From contig CBFFRP010000160.1 of assembly GCA_965644295.1 (NCBI GenBank), positions 1-31,093 on the forward strand: a stretch of DNA of 31,093 nucleotides, given 5' to 3'. The notes under the pieces were generated by a model that worked only from the letters and a program-made list of their open reading frames with translations, was not told the DNA's origin and made no database searches. A program made the position numbers and the translations under genes. This DNA comes from Paraphysomonas bandaiensis (taxonomy: Eukaryota > Protista > Chrysophyceae). Position 1 is the stretch's first letter, and each line of letters begins with the position of its first letter. Below, piece by piece: positions 19,301 through 30,152 of this stretch.

Positions 19301-21290
19301 GTCTGGTATTTCGTTTTCGATAAACTGAAGTGGAGACATAAATCCTTTAGCTGTTTGACACGGTAACCTGTTCTTGATGTGTATTGTCGCCTTTGAGGCT
19401 TGTTCCCAGAAATTCGGTGGGAGTCCAGAGTCGATAAGGCTGCTGAGTGCTCGTTCTTTAGTTGTCCGCCATGATCGCTCTTGGAATGGGTTATCCTCGG
19501 GGGTATACGGGGAGTTGAAAGTCCATGTAGCCCCTATTGATTGAAGATACTCTAGAACTTTTCTTGATACCAGCTCCTTCCCCCATCCGCATGATAATGT
19601 TGTAGTCGTTTGCCTTTACTATGTAGATACATGACAACTTTCTGGATGGATTGGATGACGAAATCTTCATCTCTCGTTGGTCCGTAGGAGTCCCATTGGT
19701 GTCTGGAAGCTACATCTGTCATCCCGAGTATGTAACGGCTGCCAGTAATGATTGCCTCTGGTGCATGGGGTCCAGAAAAATCGGCTACTACTAGCTCCCC
19801 CAGCTCATTTGCTCTTCTTACACGCTTGAGCAGCATTTGTCTGATAGCGTGTCTATGTTTTCGGCGATGAGATTTACCACTAGCACAACCATCACATAGG
19901 CCACCCGGTAAAGAAGTAGCATTCATCTCCGACTTCGTTAACTTAATACCCGTTACTAATTTTGACTGTACAGCTTTCTGTATGAGTCCAATTGAAGAAT
20001 GTGCCAATCTCTTATGTGCTAGAGTTGCGAGTGGGCCTGAAGCAGTTGAAGCAAGGTGGGATTCGTCAAAATAGGAGTACCGAGGTCTGTTAATGGAATT
20101 TCATATAGGCCTCCAACTCTCTTACCCTTTGATAGCAGTATTTCATCTTTATATATATCAACTGATTGGTTTCCGAACAAGATTTTATACCCTAGGTCAT
20201 CTAATTGGCTGATGGACACGAGTGTCCTCGAAGCATGGTCCACGTGCTTGCACTTGGGGATAATACCAAGTCTTCCATGTCCTGAAGAGGTCATAGTCGA
20301 TCCTGACTTAGCTGTTTGAATGTCGGTGAGGCATTCCTCATAATTGGTGATGTATCCGGCTTCAGGTGTGATGGAGACTGTGCAGCCAGAATCAAGGGTT
20401 CCCATTCCGGCTTCTTGATCAAAAACGAAGTTCGTTTCGTCGTTTGTTGGATATCCGACTCCTCCGAAGTCTCGTCCTTTCTGTTGTAGTGGACCACTGT
20501 CTTCATAATCTGCAAACTGGTCGGATTCGTCGTTTTCAGTGCTCTGGTGGGTCTGGAATCTAACTTTTTTGAATTTCCTACTGGTTGATTTGTTTCCAGA
20601 GGAACTCTTCATTTGTTGGATCCTTTCCCATGAGTGTTTGCATTCTGAAGCGATGTGTCCTTTTCCATCGCATCGGAAACACTTAATGTCCTTGTCAGTT
20701 CTCTTGTCATGTTTCGGTTTATTGGAACGGTTTCTGAAAGATGTCCCCTTTTTGCGCTTGGAATTCACTTTACTTTTGAAAAATGGGGGTTTTGAGGCTG
20801 CAAGCTGAATACTGTCGGTTTTTGTTTCTTCGTTGCTTGACAAGAGCATTCCAACAGACGAGCTTTCTAATCCGCGTAGTCTGCGTATCAGTGTTTTGTA
20901 GTCATCGATAGGGTGCATCTGCAGGTTGATTGCCAGTTCTCGATACGTCATATTTTCTTTGGATACCAGGCCTTGTCGAATGCGTGAGATAAGATCTTGA
21001 TCACTTATCCGATGACCATAATTAATCAGCTTGTTTCGGAGCTTTTTGACAGCGTCAAGAAAGTTGATTATCGACTGACCTTTTTTGATTTTTATGCTCT
21101 GAAACTGGCCAATCAGATCGGTGATTACATCGTTAGTCGTTTTTTCTTTGAAGTGGTTGAGCAAGTCCGTCCAGGCGGTTTTTTCGTCTCCATCGGGGAC
21201 GTTCTCCAAAATCCCCTCAGCCTCTTCATCCTGACCAATGATAGAGCTTGCAATGACTGACCATAGGTAGTTATTACCTTCATCATAATA

Positions 21291-24200
21291 TATGCTTAGT
21301 CTGTAGCCTATTGGATTTAGTTAAATCCCATATTTTTGGTGTTTTGCGCAGGTGTGAAATTTTGTTCTGATTATGTTAATGATGCAAACATATAACTCCC
21401 TGTTGATTTAGAAGACGATTCCTTTCATTGTTATTAACTTGATTACTCACTAGCAGTTGTCATCATCATTTCCAATATTTTCAACACATTTTCAACATTT
21501 TTTCAGCATTAATACATTCATTTATTTAATACACAGAATATATATACATCATCATGGCTATGCTTGTATTATTATAGACATAAAAGTAAACAAGGTAGAG
21601 CGATCTCAGCATCATCACAAGAGGGGGGATTACCTATGGTCACCATGAATGGTGTCAGTAATATTATCAGGAACACTACCAGTCTTGGCTTCAGATGACA
21701 CATGGGAGCAATAGCAGTAATATTATCAGGAACACTATCAATCATGGCTTCAGATGACACACGACAGCAGCAATAAGAGTATCAGGACGACGAGAACCAT
21801 CAGTACCATCAAGGACAATATCAGTCATGGCTTTAGACGGCACACGACGGCAGCAATAACCGTAGAAATGGTATCAGTTGTTTCAGGACGACGAGAACCA
21901 TCAGTATCATCTGGGACAATATCAGTCATGGCTGTCGACGACACACGACAGCAGCAATATCAGTAGAAATGGCATCAGATGCATCAGGAAAAGAGGCACC
22001 AGTATCATCTGGGACAATATCAGTAATGACTTCAGATGACACACGACGGCAACAATAACAGTAGTAATGGCATCAGATGTTTCAGGACGACGAGAACCAT
22101 CAGTACCATCAAGGACAATATCGGTCATGGCTTAAGATGACACACGACGGCAGCAATTACAGTATAATTGGCATCAGTTGTTTCAGGACGACGAGAACCT
22201 TCAGTATCATCTGGGACAATATCGGTCATGGCTTTAGACGACACACGACGGCAGCAATTACAGTAGAAATGGCATCTGATGGTTCCGGACGAGAACCATC
22301 TAGGACAATATCAGTAATGACTTCAGATGACACACGACGGCAGTAATAACAGTATAATTGGCATCTGATAGTTCCGGACGACGAGAACCACCAGTATCAT
22401 CTGGGACAATATCAGTCATGGCTTTAGACGACACACGACGGCAGCAATTACAGTAGTAATGGCATCTGATGTTTCCGGACGACGAGAACCATCAGTATCA
22501 TCTGGGACAATATCGGTCATGGCTTTAGACGACACACGACGGCAGCAATTACAGTGGAAATGGCATCTGATGGTTCCGGACGAGAACCATCTAGGACAAT
22601 ATCAGTAATGACTTCAGATGACACACGACGGCAGTAATAACAGTATAATTGGCATCTGATAGTTCCGGACGACGAGAACCACCAGTATCATCTGGGACAA
22701 TATCAGTCATGGCTTTAGACGACACACGACGGCAGCAATTACAGTAGTAATGGCATCTGTTGTTTCAGGACGACGAGAACCTTCAGTATCATCTGGGACA
22801 ATATCGGTCATGGCTTTAGACGACACACGACGGCAGCAATTACAGTGGAAATGGCATCTGATGGTTCCGGACGAGAACCATCTAGGACAATATCAGTAAT
22901 GACTTCAGATGACACACGACGGCAGTAATAACAGTATAATTGGCATCTGATAGTTCCGGACGACGAGAACCACCAGTATCATCTGGGACAATATCAGTCA
23001 TGGCTTTAGACGACACACGACGGCAGCAATTACAGTAGTAATGGCATCTGATGTTTCCGGACGACGAGAACCATCAGTATCATCTGGGACAATATCAGTC
23101 ATGGCTTAAGACGACACACGACGGCAGCAATAACAGTAGAACTTGCATTAGATGGTTCCGGACGACGAGAACCACCAGTATCATCTGGAACAATATCTGT
23201 AATGACTTCAGATGACACACGACGGCAGCAATTACAGTAGAAATGGAATCAGATGTTTCAGGACGAGAACCATTAGTATCATGTGGGACAATATCGGTCA
23301 TGGCTTTAGACGACACACGACGGCAGCAATAACAGTAGAACTTGCATTAGATGTTTCCGGACGACGAGAGGCACCAGTATCATCTGGAACAATATCTGTA
23401 ATGACTTCAGATGACACACGACGGGAGCAACAACAGTAGAAATGGCATCTGATGGTTCAGGACGAGAGGCACAAGTACCATTTGCGACAATATAATTCAG
23501 GATGGACACACAAGAAGACGAGAGAAAAATTGACGAAGCGGATTAAGTGACTTGAACCCCTCTCGCTTTCTTGTGTGTCATGGATTCGGACAACACACGA
23601 CGGCAGCAATAATATATACATAATATTATATACATCATCATATATATCAAGGTAGGGTGTTGTTTTCCCATCGACTATGAAAAATTTCTGAGCTGTGTAG
23701 TGTTGTTTATTTTTGCACTACTCAGTGCCGTGTATTTTACACACTGTTTAATGTCATAGTTATTAAAAACGTTTTATGCGCACATATTTTGATTCCTGAA
23801 TGAGAGCACGCACCCCTTGTATATATATGCAGTGTGCGAAGATATGATACAGGAGTAATCGTTATTGCAGGTGGTGCATATAATGCTTGAATTCGGAGGC
23901 AAGCATTCGCGGAGAAATCCATCGAATATTCTTACTAATAACCACATGGTTTAGTTTGTTCGGTGTGTGTTCAGTAACATTTCGGTACAGCCTCCCACCC
24001 AGGCGCCTTGTTTTTGTGGGCAGGAGGCTTGAATGTTCGAGCTGTTTTTTGTCCTCTACTACCATCCTTGTAGCTGACAGTGTATATGTCGTCGGGAAGA
24101 CAGGAGACCACGCATCTTCTGAGGCCATAAATTCTTGAAATGGCATCTCCAAGTTGAAACACACCATCCACGTTGCTGGGAATCGTCTCTTGATTGGGAA

Positions 24201-24779
24201 TCGCTATAAACTTGCGTTGCTGTTGCTAGAGCGACGAATGCGTTCTCTTTCTCCTCCACGCTTTCCTCGACTGCATTGCGTAGCCCGTCTTTGCAGAGAT
24301 ATTATAGGTATCGTTCAAGGGACAGGCCTCGGTCTTTTCACAGGGTAGGCTCTCGGGATTCGTCGTCGCATGACCATTTATCATGGTTCCGATCGCGTTG
24401 CCCGCCACTTTTAGACAATCATTGATGGACAGATTGGTAGCGAGAACTAGGGCGTGACAAACTTTGTCATTTATATTGTATACAACACAGCTGTATAATA
24501 TACATTGTATATAATAGTATATTATAATATTTTGTATATCTAGCCCTAATCGATTGCATTGTGATCACTAAGAGCTGGAATGTTAGTTTTGCGAATTTTA
24601 AACTTTTGAATAATGTTGTAACTAACGTATAGTAGACGCATAAAACAAAATAAAACTTAAGTATATATATATTTTTATAATAAGTAATCGAGCTACCGTC
24701 GTTCTCGTCATTTTATAGGTTTTTTACATGTAAAATCCCATTTTGCATTTAAAATCCAATAGGCTACAGACTAAGCATA
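21291..24779. mobile_element. Non-autonomous TIR DNA transposon (~3.49 kb), TSD TA (or ATAT)
   Basis: Perfect 27-28-bp terminal inverted repeats (T)ATGCTTAGTCTGTAGCCTATTGGATTT at 21291-21318 and 24752-24779. Clean excision restores the gag frame. No transposase motif recognised. Confidence 0.9.
21650..23610. repeat. Minisatellite, units of 101/98/89 bp with a 291-bp higher-order repeat in the core
   Basis: The anchor GGCAG(C/T)AAT and a close variant occur at 22440, 22541, 22630, 22731, 22832, 22921, 23022, 23123, 23224, 23322 and 23423. Shorter ~59-bp units lie at the left edge. Confidence 0.95.
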
Positions 24780-25046
24780 TATCGTTTCGCATCCTGATAC
24801 TGTTCGAGTCGATACTGGTAGTCCTCGTCATCTGAGTTTTCTCCTGCTTCAGGCTCAATTGGGTGATCGTTCTGTAGAGTATAAACGATCTTAGGCTTTC
24901 TGTAAAACCATGCACGGCACTTCTTCTGCCACTTGGAGAAGTTCTTCGCGTCGAACTTTGGCATTGAGTCTTTCTGTTTTTCGGTTGTTGAATCCGAGTC
25001 GGTTGAGTCGTAACTTGTAACTTTAACTGACATCTCGCTACCAAAA

Positions 25047-25304
25047 TAAGATTTAAGCTTATTAGTAAAACAATGTTGTGATTATTAGAGTGTAAGTAAT
25101 AAACACGATAGAGTGAAAATTATAAATAACAATATAGAACGTACTATCATGCACAACGGAATAGTTAGAAGTGTAACTGATAATGACGACGTTATGATGA
25201 CGATCACGTATCTTCGACAGATACTCTCTCTAATTCAGTTCATGGTATATTTCATTGAACATTATAACTCACAGATACATCATGTATTAAGCTGAATCCT
25301 AATA
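25047..25304 (-). repeat. 5' LTR of Copia-C
   Basis: Matches 16092-16347, begins TATTAGGATTCAGC on the minus strand and is followed by the PBS. The exact U5 end is uncertain (25044-25049). Confidence 0.9.
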
Positions 25305-25639
25305 ATAGTTTCCTGAGCGATATGCATAGCAACGTACCCATATACCCAAAAACTCTAAAATAATCATTGAAAATGTGCATATTTCACCTAGAAACATTCA
25401 TAAAAGCACTATTTTTCCCAAAGTTGAAAGAAGCTACAGTATACAACTAAGCAAAGTAATATTATACTCTATTTATACCACATATATATATTAAGCAACG
25501 ATGATGGCCAAAACAATTAATGGCAGTGTAATTTACAGAGTCTTCTTCCGAGTGGATTCAGAGAATCCTCTGTATCATATATGTTCGTTGTGCAATGATC
25601 GCCTTGAACAAGATATACAGCGTGGTTACACGACTTGTG

Positions 25640-26330
25640 TGAATCATATATAGCCAAGAAGGGCACCACACATGCGGATTTTTCTTGGCTAGAGGAACTC
25701 GATAGAATTTTGGGAAGTGAAAGACTTCACGGGGGCGATTTATTGCCTTTTGTAAGAAAGAAAGTATCTCCTGCTGCAAGGAACTTATTTCAATGGCTGG
25801 AATGGATAGTTATGAACAACGAACCATTTTCTATCGTGGAGAATAAGTATGTTCGGAAGAGATGGAACCAATTTGTAACAAGCCCGCCAGTTATTTGATA
25901 TGCTGCTACAAGAATTTCCAGAACTGCATCCATACCTTTCTCCTAATGCAAGCATTGTTGCCAGTGCAAATTTTGAGAAGGCAGTGGCTAAAATTCAAGG
26001 GAACGATGAAAAAGAGTTGACAGGCAATGAGAGAAGAGTAGTTAGGCATTTGCAACTGGATTCATCCATGGAGGTTGGTGTACCCGACAGAAATAACGAG
26101 GACGAGAGTGAAGGAACTGATTTTGCACAGCGTGTTCTGAACAGCGCCGAGTCGCCAAGAAAGCTCGACTTGGTACCTATGAGTCCAACTACCGCTGCTT
26201 GCTTCATATTGAAGCACAATCTAATGTTGTTGAGAGGCTCTTTATAGTCGTGCAAAGTTAATTATGACACCTGAGCGTAGAAACATGAATCCATATCGTC
26301 TAGAATCGTTGCTATTCCTACTATAACCAA
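25640..26330 (+). pseudogene. hAT-family transposase remnant
   Basis: NLFQWLEWIVMNNEPFSIVEN, NFEKAVAKIQ and, across frameshifts, SNVVERLF-SRAKLIMTPERRNMNPYRLESLLFL, which resembles the hAT C-terminal dimerisation motif. The catalytic core appears to be deleted. Confidence 0.75.
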
Positions 26331-27378
26331 TTACATGTTGCGGGATGTCTATACCCTCCATGAAGCCCTGTAAGACGATCCTGATGTGTCAGTAGTGTAG
26401 AGAGCGAGAAGTAGCTAAAATTTGTAGTCTGATATTTAACTAAAAATTAGTGATTTAGGGAGCACAACACTATCTATTATATGAGTGGTGTTATCTACTT
26501 TAAGTGAGTAGGTATAATTAGATCTGATTATTACATGAGAGAACTTGTTGCATTTATCTATCTATTACTTTAGACTAATTGTAACACAAAATATGAAATG
26601 CTCAGTTATCTCGGGACTGCTTGTGCATTGCTGCAAGCACCTTGGTGCAACCATCCCTTGTTTTAAGTTTAGTCTGGTGGTCGTCCTTTGGGTAGTGTGT
26701 CTGGTGGTCCAGTTCCGTGTGCGAGTCGGGGTGTGGGGGGTGACGTGCCATTCTGTGGATGTGTGTCAGCGGAGGCTTTGGGAGTACTAGTTGTGGTTGC
26801 GGTTCTGTCGGAAATGAGTGTTGTCTGCCTCCAGATCGGGTTGGCAGGCCTGCGTTGGGGGCGTGGTCTCGTGTGGGGCACGGCTCTGGGGGTGGATGTT
26901 GCTTTAAGTAGCTGGAGGATCGTCGGGTTGGTGGTAGGGTATGTGTGACGTGGTTGTGAGCTGGCATGAGTCGAGGTTGGTGTCATTGTTGTCGCATCGT
27001 TACTGTGAAATCGACATCCTCTGTTTTTGAGCATGTTTATTCCTCCATTAACTACCATTAATTCTGTCTTTTTATACCTCTTGCTATTAAAGCATACCAT
27101 AACAACAATGCTTTTAATGTCTTCTCGTCATTGTTACACGAAATTTCTTTCATGAAATCAATAAATTTATAAACTGCATTTTTAGTTTTGTTGTAAGAAG
27201 TCTGTGGCATGACCAAACCTGGTCAACTGGTTTGACCAGGTATTTAGTGTATGTAACAGTGTGTAACTAGAGTTTATGAAGTGATTGTTTATGGTTCAGA
27301 GTGGCAATAGATAGCTTTAAGTGTGTTATTTGACTTATTATAGTTATCATATTATAGAGAACATTATATAGTTGTATA

Positions 27379-29003
27379 CTAGAGCTTTAAGCAGTAACAA
27401 CTAAATCTTACCATTACCGAATACTGCATACTTGTACAGTAACAACTCCTCCTCTGTCTCTTGTGCACGCTGAATACGATGTAAGTCCTGGCGCATGTTA
27501 TGCATGGCCAGAAGGCGTGCATTGATATCAGCAAGGCCAATACTAGAGGGGGGAGGCATGAACGAGGGGGAGGTGGTGTCGCAGCAGCAGGAGTCGTACT
27601 TGCGGAAGGATGTTGGTAAACACCAGAAGTACTTTCATTTGAAGAAGGCGACGGGACATTAACAGCAGGAGTATTCACAGGATATGAAGTTGGCAGAGGA
27701 ATATTTGGTGCAGTAGTAGTAGCTTGTTGCTTGATCTGTTCCTTGGCTGCCGCCAATTGTTCTATCAGTGACTGCTTACTGATGAAATTTCCCTTTTTCT
27801 TGCTTTTCATGGTTTCCTTCACCTCTGGTTCTTCATCCGCCTCCTCCTCTTCCTCAGTGTCGACCCTTACTATGACTTCTTTTTTCAAGACTTTCTTGCT
27901 TGTCTGGATAATATATTTATTATTAAATATACATATATTCTTATGTATATAATATGTAAGGATAATAATAATATGATATACATTATACATATATAAAATA
28001 TTATATAATAGTTTAAAATTCATGCAATACAATGTCTCACCTTTTTCGTAGTAGTAGGAGTCTTCCTTTTCTTCTTTCTGGCCATAGTAGGCTTTGCCTC
28101 TTCACTGACGCGTGACTGGGCCATACGAGGTCGACGCTTTCGCTTGCTGACCTCAATTATTCCAGATGCAGCAGTTTGCCCGTCACTCATCGGATCAAAC
28201 GTGGAAATCCAGTTCCCTAGCTCGTCTTTATTTCTCTTATCTGGACCAACTACGCGTAATTTCTCTTTTATCCAAGCAGCCAATACCTTCTTCATATGAT
28301 CAGTATCTACTTCCGTATCGTAGTCGAAATTAAAAGAATTTATCTTTGTAACACCAGTCCAAAGCTCAACACCATTCTCCTCACTCCATACCAGGATGTC
28401 ATACCTGGGCTTTGAACATTTTGTTCGAAGGTATGAGAGAACTACAAACTTCTTGTCATTCTTACTTTGATGGCGCACCCAACACATTGACAAATTCAGA
28501 TGCCGCAAGTTCGAATTGAAATGAGCAGCTACAGCCAAGTAGTCGACCATAAGAGGCACGACAGCCATTACTTCAGGATTTATAAACAGTCGAACTACAT
28601 TCCCAGTATCACTCGCAAATTTCTTTCTAGCATAACAGTGAGAACCATTTGAGTGAGTTATACTGAATGAAATTTCTTTTGAAAGGAAGTACTCCAAATA
28701 ATCATTAGATTTATGGCCAGGCTCACCCTTGGAGTCACCCATCTCGACATTCTCTTCATTACACTCCTCCGCTATGTCATCGAGGTCCTCCTTCGTCTCC
28801 TCAGTGGGCTCATGCTCAAATAAATCCTTGTAGCCGTCTGCATTGCAAGGACCGCATATTGAATCAGATACACCCTTATCTCGATTACTGTAATGATTAG
28901 AGCACACTGAACATGTCAATTGCCGTTCATCCAACTCAATATCGGACTGGCTACTATTGAATTCACCACTGTTGAGGTATGAGTCATCGATGTTGTCTGT
29001 CAT
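27379..29003 (-). CDS. Hypothetical nuclear protein, at least 2 exons (29003-28041, 27903 onward), CxxC..CxxC motif, NLS, acidic/coiled-coil and Pro/Ser/Thr-rich tail
   Basis: CSVC..CGPC, KRKRRPR and RKKKRK. A phase-0 GT-AG intron at 28040-27904 (very AT-rich) joins ORFs 28020..29042 and 27379..28032 in frame. The 3' end is uncertain. Confidence 0.6.
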
Positions 29004-29425
29004 GTTTAAAGTATAGAATGAATGGGATTGAAAATCATACACAACACAACAAAAATAACTTCAACTCGATTTTTTTTCAGTATTTTCCCTGCAGTTCCTC
29101 CATCGCACTCATATTTCGAAAGATTTTTTGTTGATGTTTGAATTTGCGGTAGGAATTCCTACTTCACAGTATACATACATACATATTATACTGTATATTT
29201 CTATATGTTACAATGAAATGACATCTTCACTATTATTTAAAACCAGAGCACAGTCTACCCATCAGTTTAAAAAGAGATGGGCGGTAGAATAATATTTCTT
29301 CATTCGCTATATGTATTGCAATAGAGTGATGGAGGTGGGGTTCTTGTTACACGTGAATGTATATGCTGTCGTAAATATATATATCTATGTTGTTATGCTT
29401 GTTGTCAAAAGAGTTCAATATTCGT

Positions 29426-30152
29426 CCGGGCTAGAGTTGCGACGGCAATTCGCTAGTGACGTGAGACTCTTTTCCTGTTATTGATCAGCTCAATAGTCAC
29501 CCGGGCTAGAGTTGCGCGCCGTCAATTCGCTAGTGTGTGTGAGAGTTTTATTAAAACTCAATAGTCACCCGGGCTAGAGTTGCACGTCATCAATTCGCTA
29601 GTGTGTGTGAGAGTTTTATTAAAACTCAATAGTCACCCGGGCTAGAGTTGTGCGCCATCAATTCGCTAGTGTGTGTGAGAGTATTTGGTCAGCTCAATAG
29701 TCACCCGGGCTAGAGTTGCGCGCCGTCAATTCGCTAGTGTGTGTGAGAGTTATTAACTCAATAGTCACCCGGGCTAGAGTTGCACGTCATCAATTCGCTA
29801 GTGTGTGTGAGAGTTTTATTAAAACTCAATAGTCACCCGGGCTAGAGTTGTGCGCCATCAATTCGCTAGTGTGTGTGAGAGTTTTTGATCAGCTCAATAG
29901 TCACCCGGGCTAGAGTTGCGCGCCGTCAATTCGCTAGTGTGTGTGAGAGTTTTATTAAAACTCAATAGTCACCCGGGCTAGAGTTGCACGTCATCAATTC
30001 GCTAGTGTGTGTGAGAGTTTTATTAAAACTCAATAGTCACCCGGGCTAGAGTTGTGCGCCATCAATTCGCTAGTGTGTGTGAGAGTTTTTGATCAGCTCA
30101 ATAGTCACCCGGGCTAGAGTTGTGTGCCGTCAATTCGCTAGTGTGTGTGAGA
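29426..30152. repeat. Tandem array of ~11 hairpin-forming 68-bp units with a 3-unit higher-order repeat
   Basis: CCGGGCTAGAG starts at 29426, 29501, 29569, 29637, 29705, 29769, 29837, 29905, 29973, 30041 and 30109. Confidence 0.97.

Larger units (their letters stand above)
16547..25033 (-). pseudogene. Copia-C Gag-Pol: 25033-24782, then ~21290-16547, with two 1-nt frameshifts (~20070, ~19579)
   Basis: Removing the TIR insert restores ...DAKRYYDEGNNYLWS... in frame. Motifs: CFRCDGKGHIASEC, LDSGCT, AHKRLAH..CDGC, ADFSGP, HADGG, ERSWRT, KARLVAQG, HQIDFTTAY, SIYGLKQAG, MYVDD, YCDSDWA, STEAEY, ADLLTK. Confidence 0.92.
16092..25304 (-). mobile_element. Ty1/Copia LTR retrotransposon (Copia-C) interrupted in gag by a TIR element
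   Basis: LTRs at 16092-16347 and ~25047-25304 (one 1-nt indel seen), PPT GAGGGGGCG at 16356-16348, PBS TGGTAGCGAG at 25043-25034, Copia-order pol. Confidence 0.93.
15658..26330 (+). mobile_element. Degraded, internally deleted hAT-like DNA transposon hosting Copia-C (right end not found)
   Basis: Possible left TIR CAGGGCCTGGTAACC at 15658. ATTAATGG/CCATTAAT subterminal motifs at 15670-15760 recur near 25516, after the Copia. Transposase remnants at 25640-26330. Confidence 0.45.

Noticed and set aside
21650-23610. CRISPR array or real ORFs in the minisatellite
   Set aside because: Whole units are homologous with no unique spacers, and the short ORFs on both strands are by-products of the repeat.
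24434-24445. TTGGTAGCGAGA, identical to the Copia-C PBS in inverted orientation
   Set aside because: No adjacent LTR end. A lone 12-mer is treated as probable coincidence.
24226-24470. SET-domain-like GNAIGTMINGH fragment inside the TIR element
   Set aside because: The resemblance is too weak and the frame too short to support a call.
26545-27100. Overlapping Pro/Thr-rich ORFs
   Set aside because: Low-complexity sequence open in several frames. It may be a decayed mucin-like exon, but no frame or splice structure could be supported.
29426-30152. CRISPR or TIGR-type guide array call
   Set aside because: Variable segments are short, related to each other and recur periodically. The context is eukaryotic and no cas or Nop-domain gene was seen. 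Kept only as a structured repeat.
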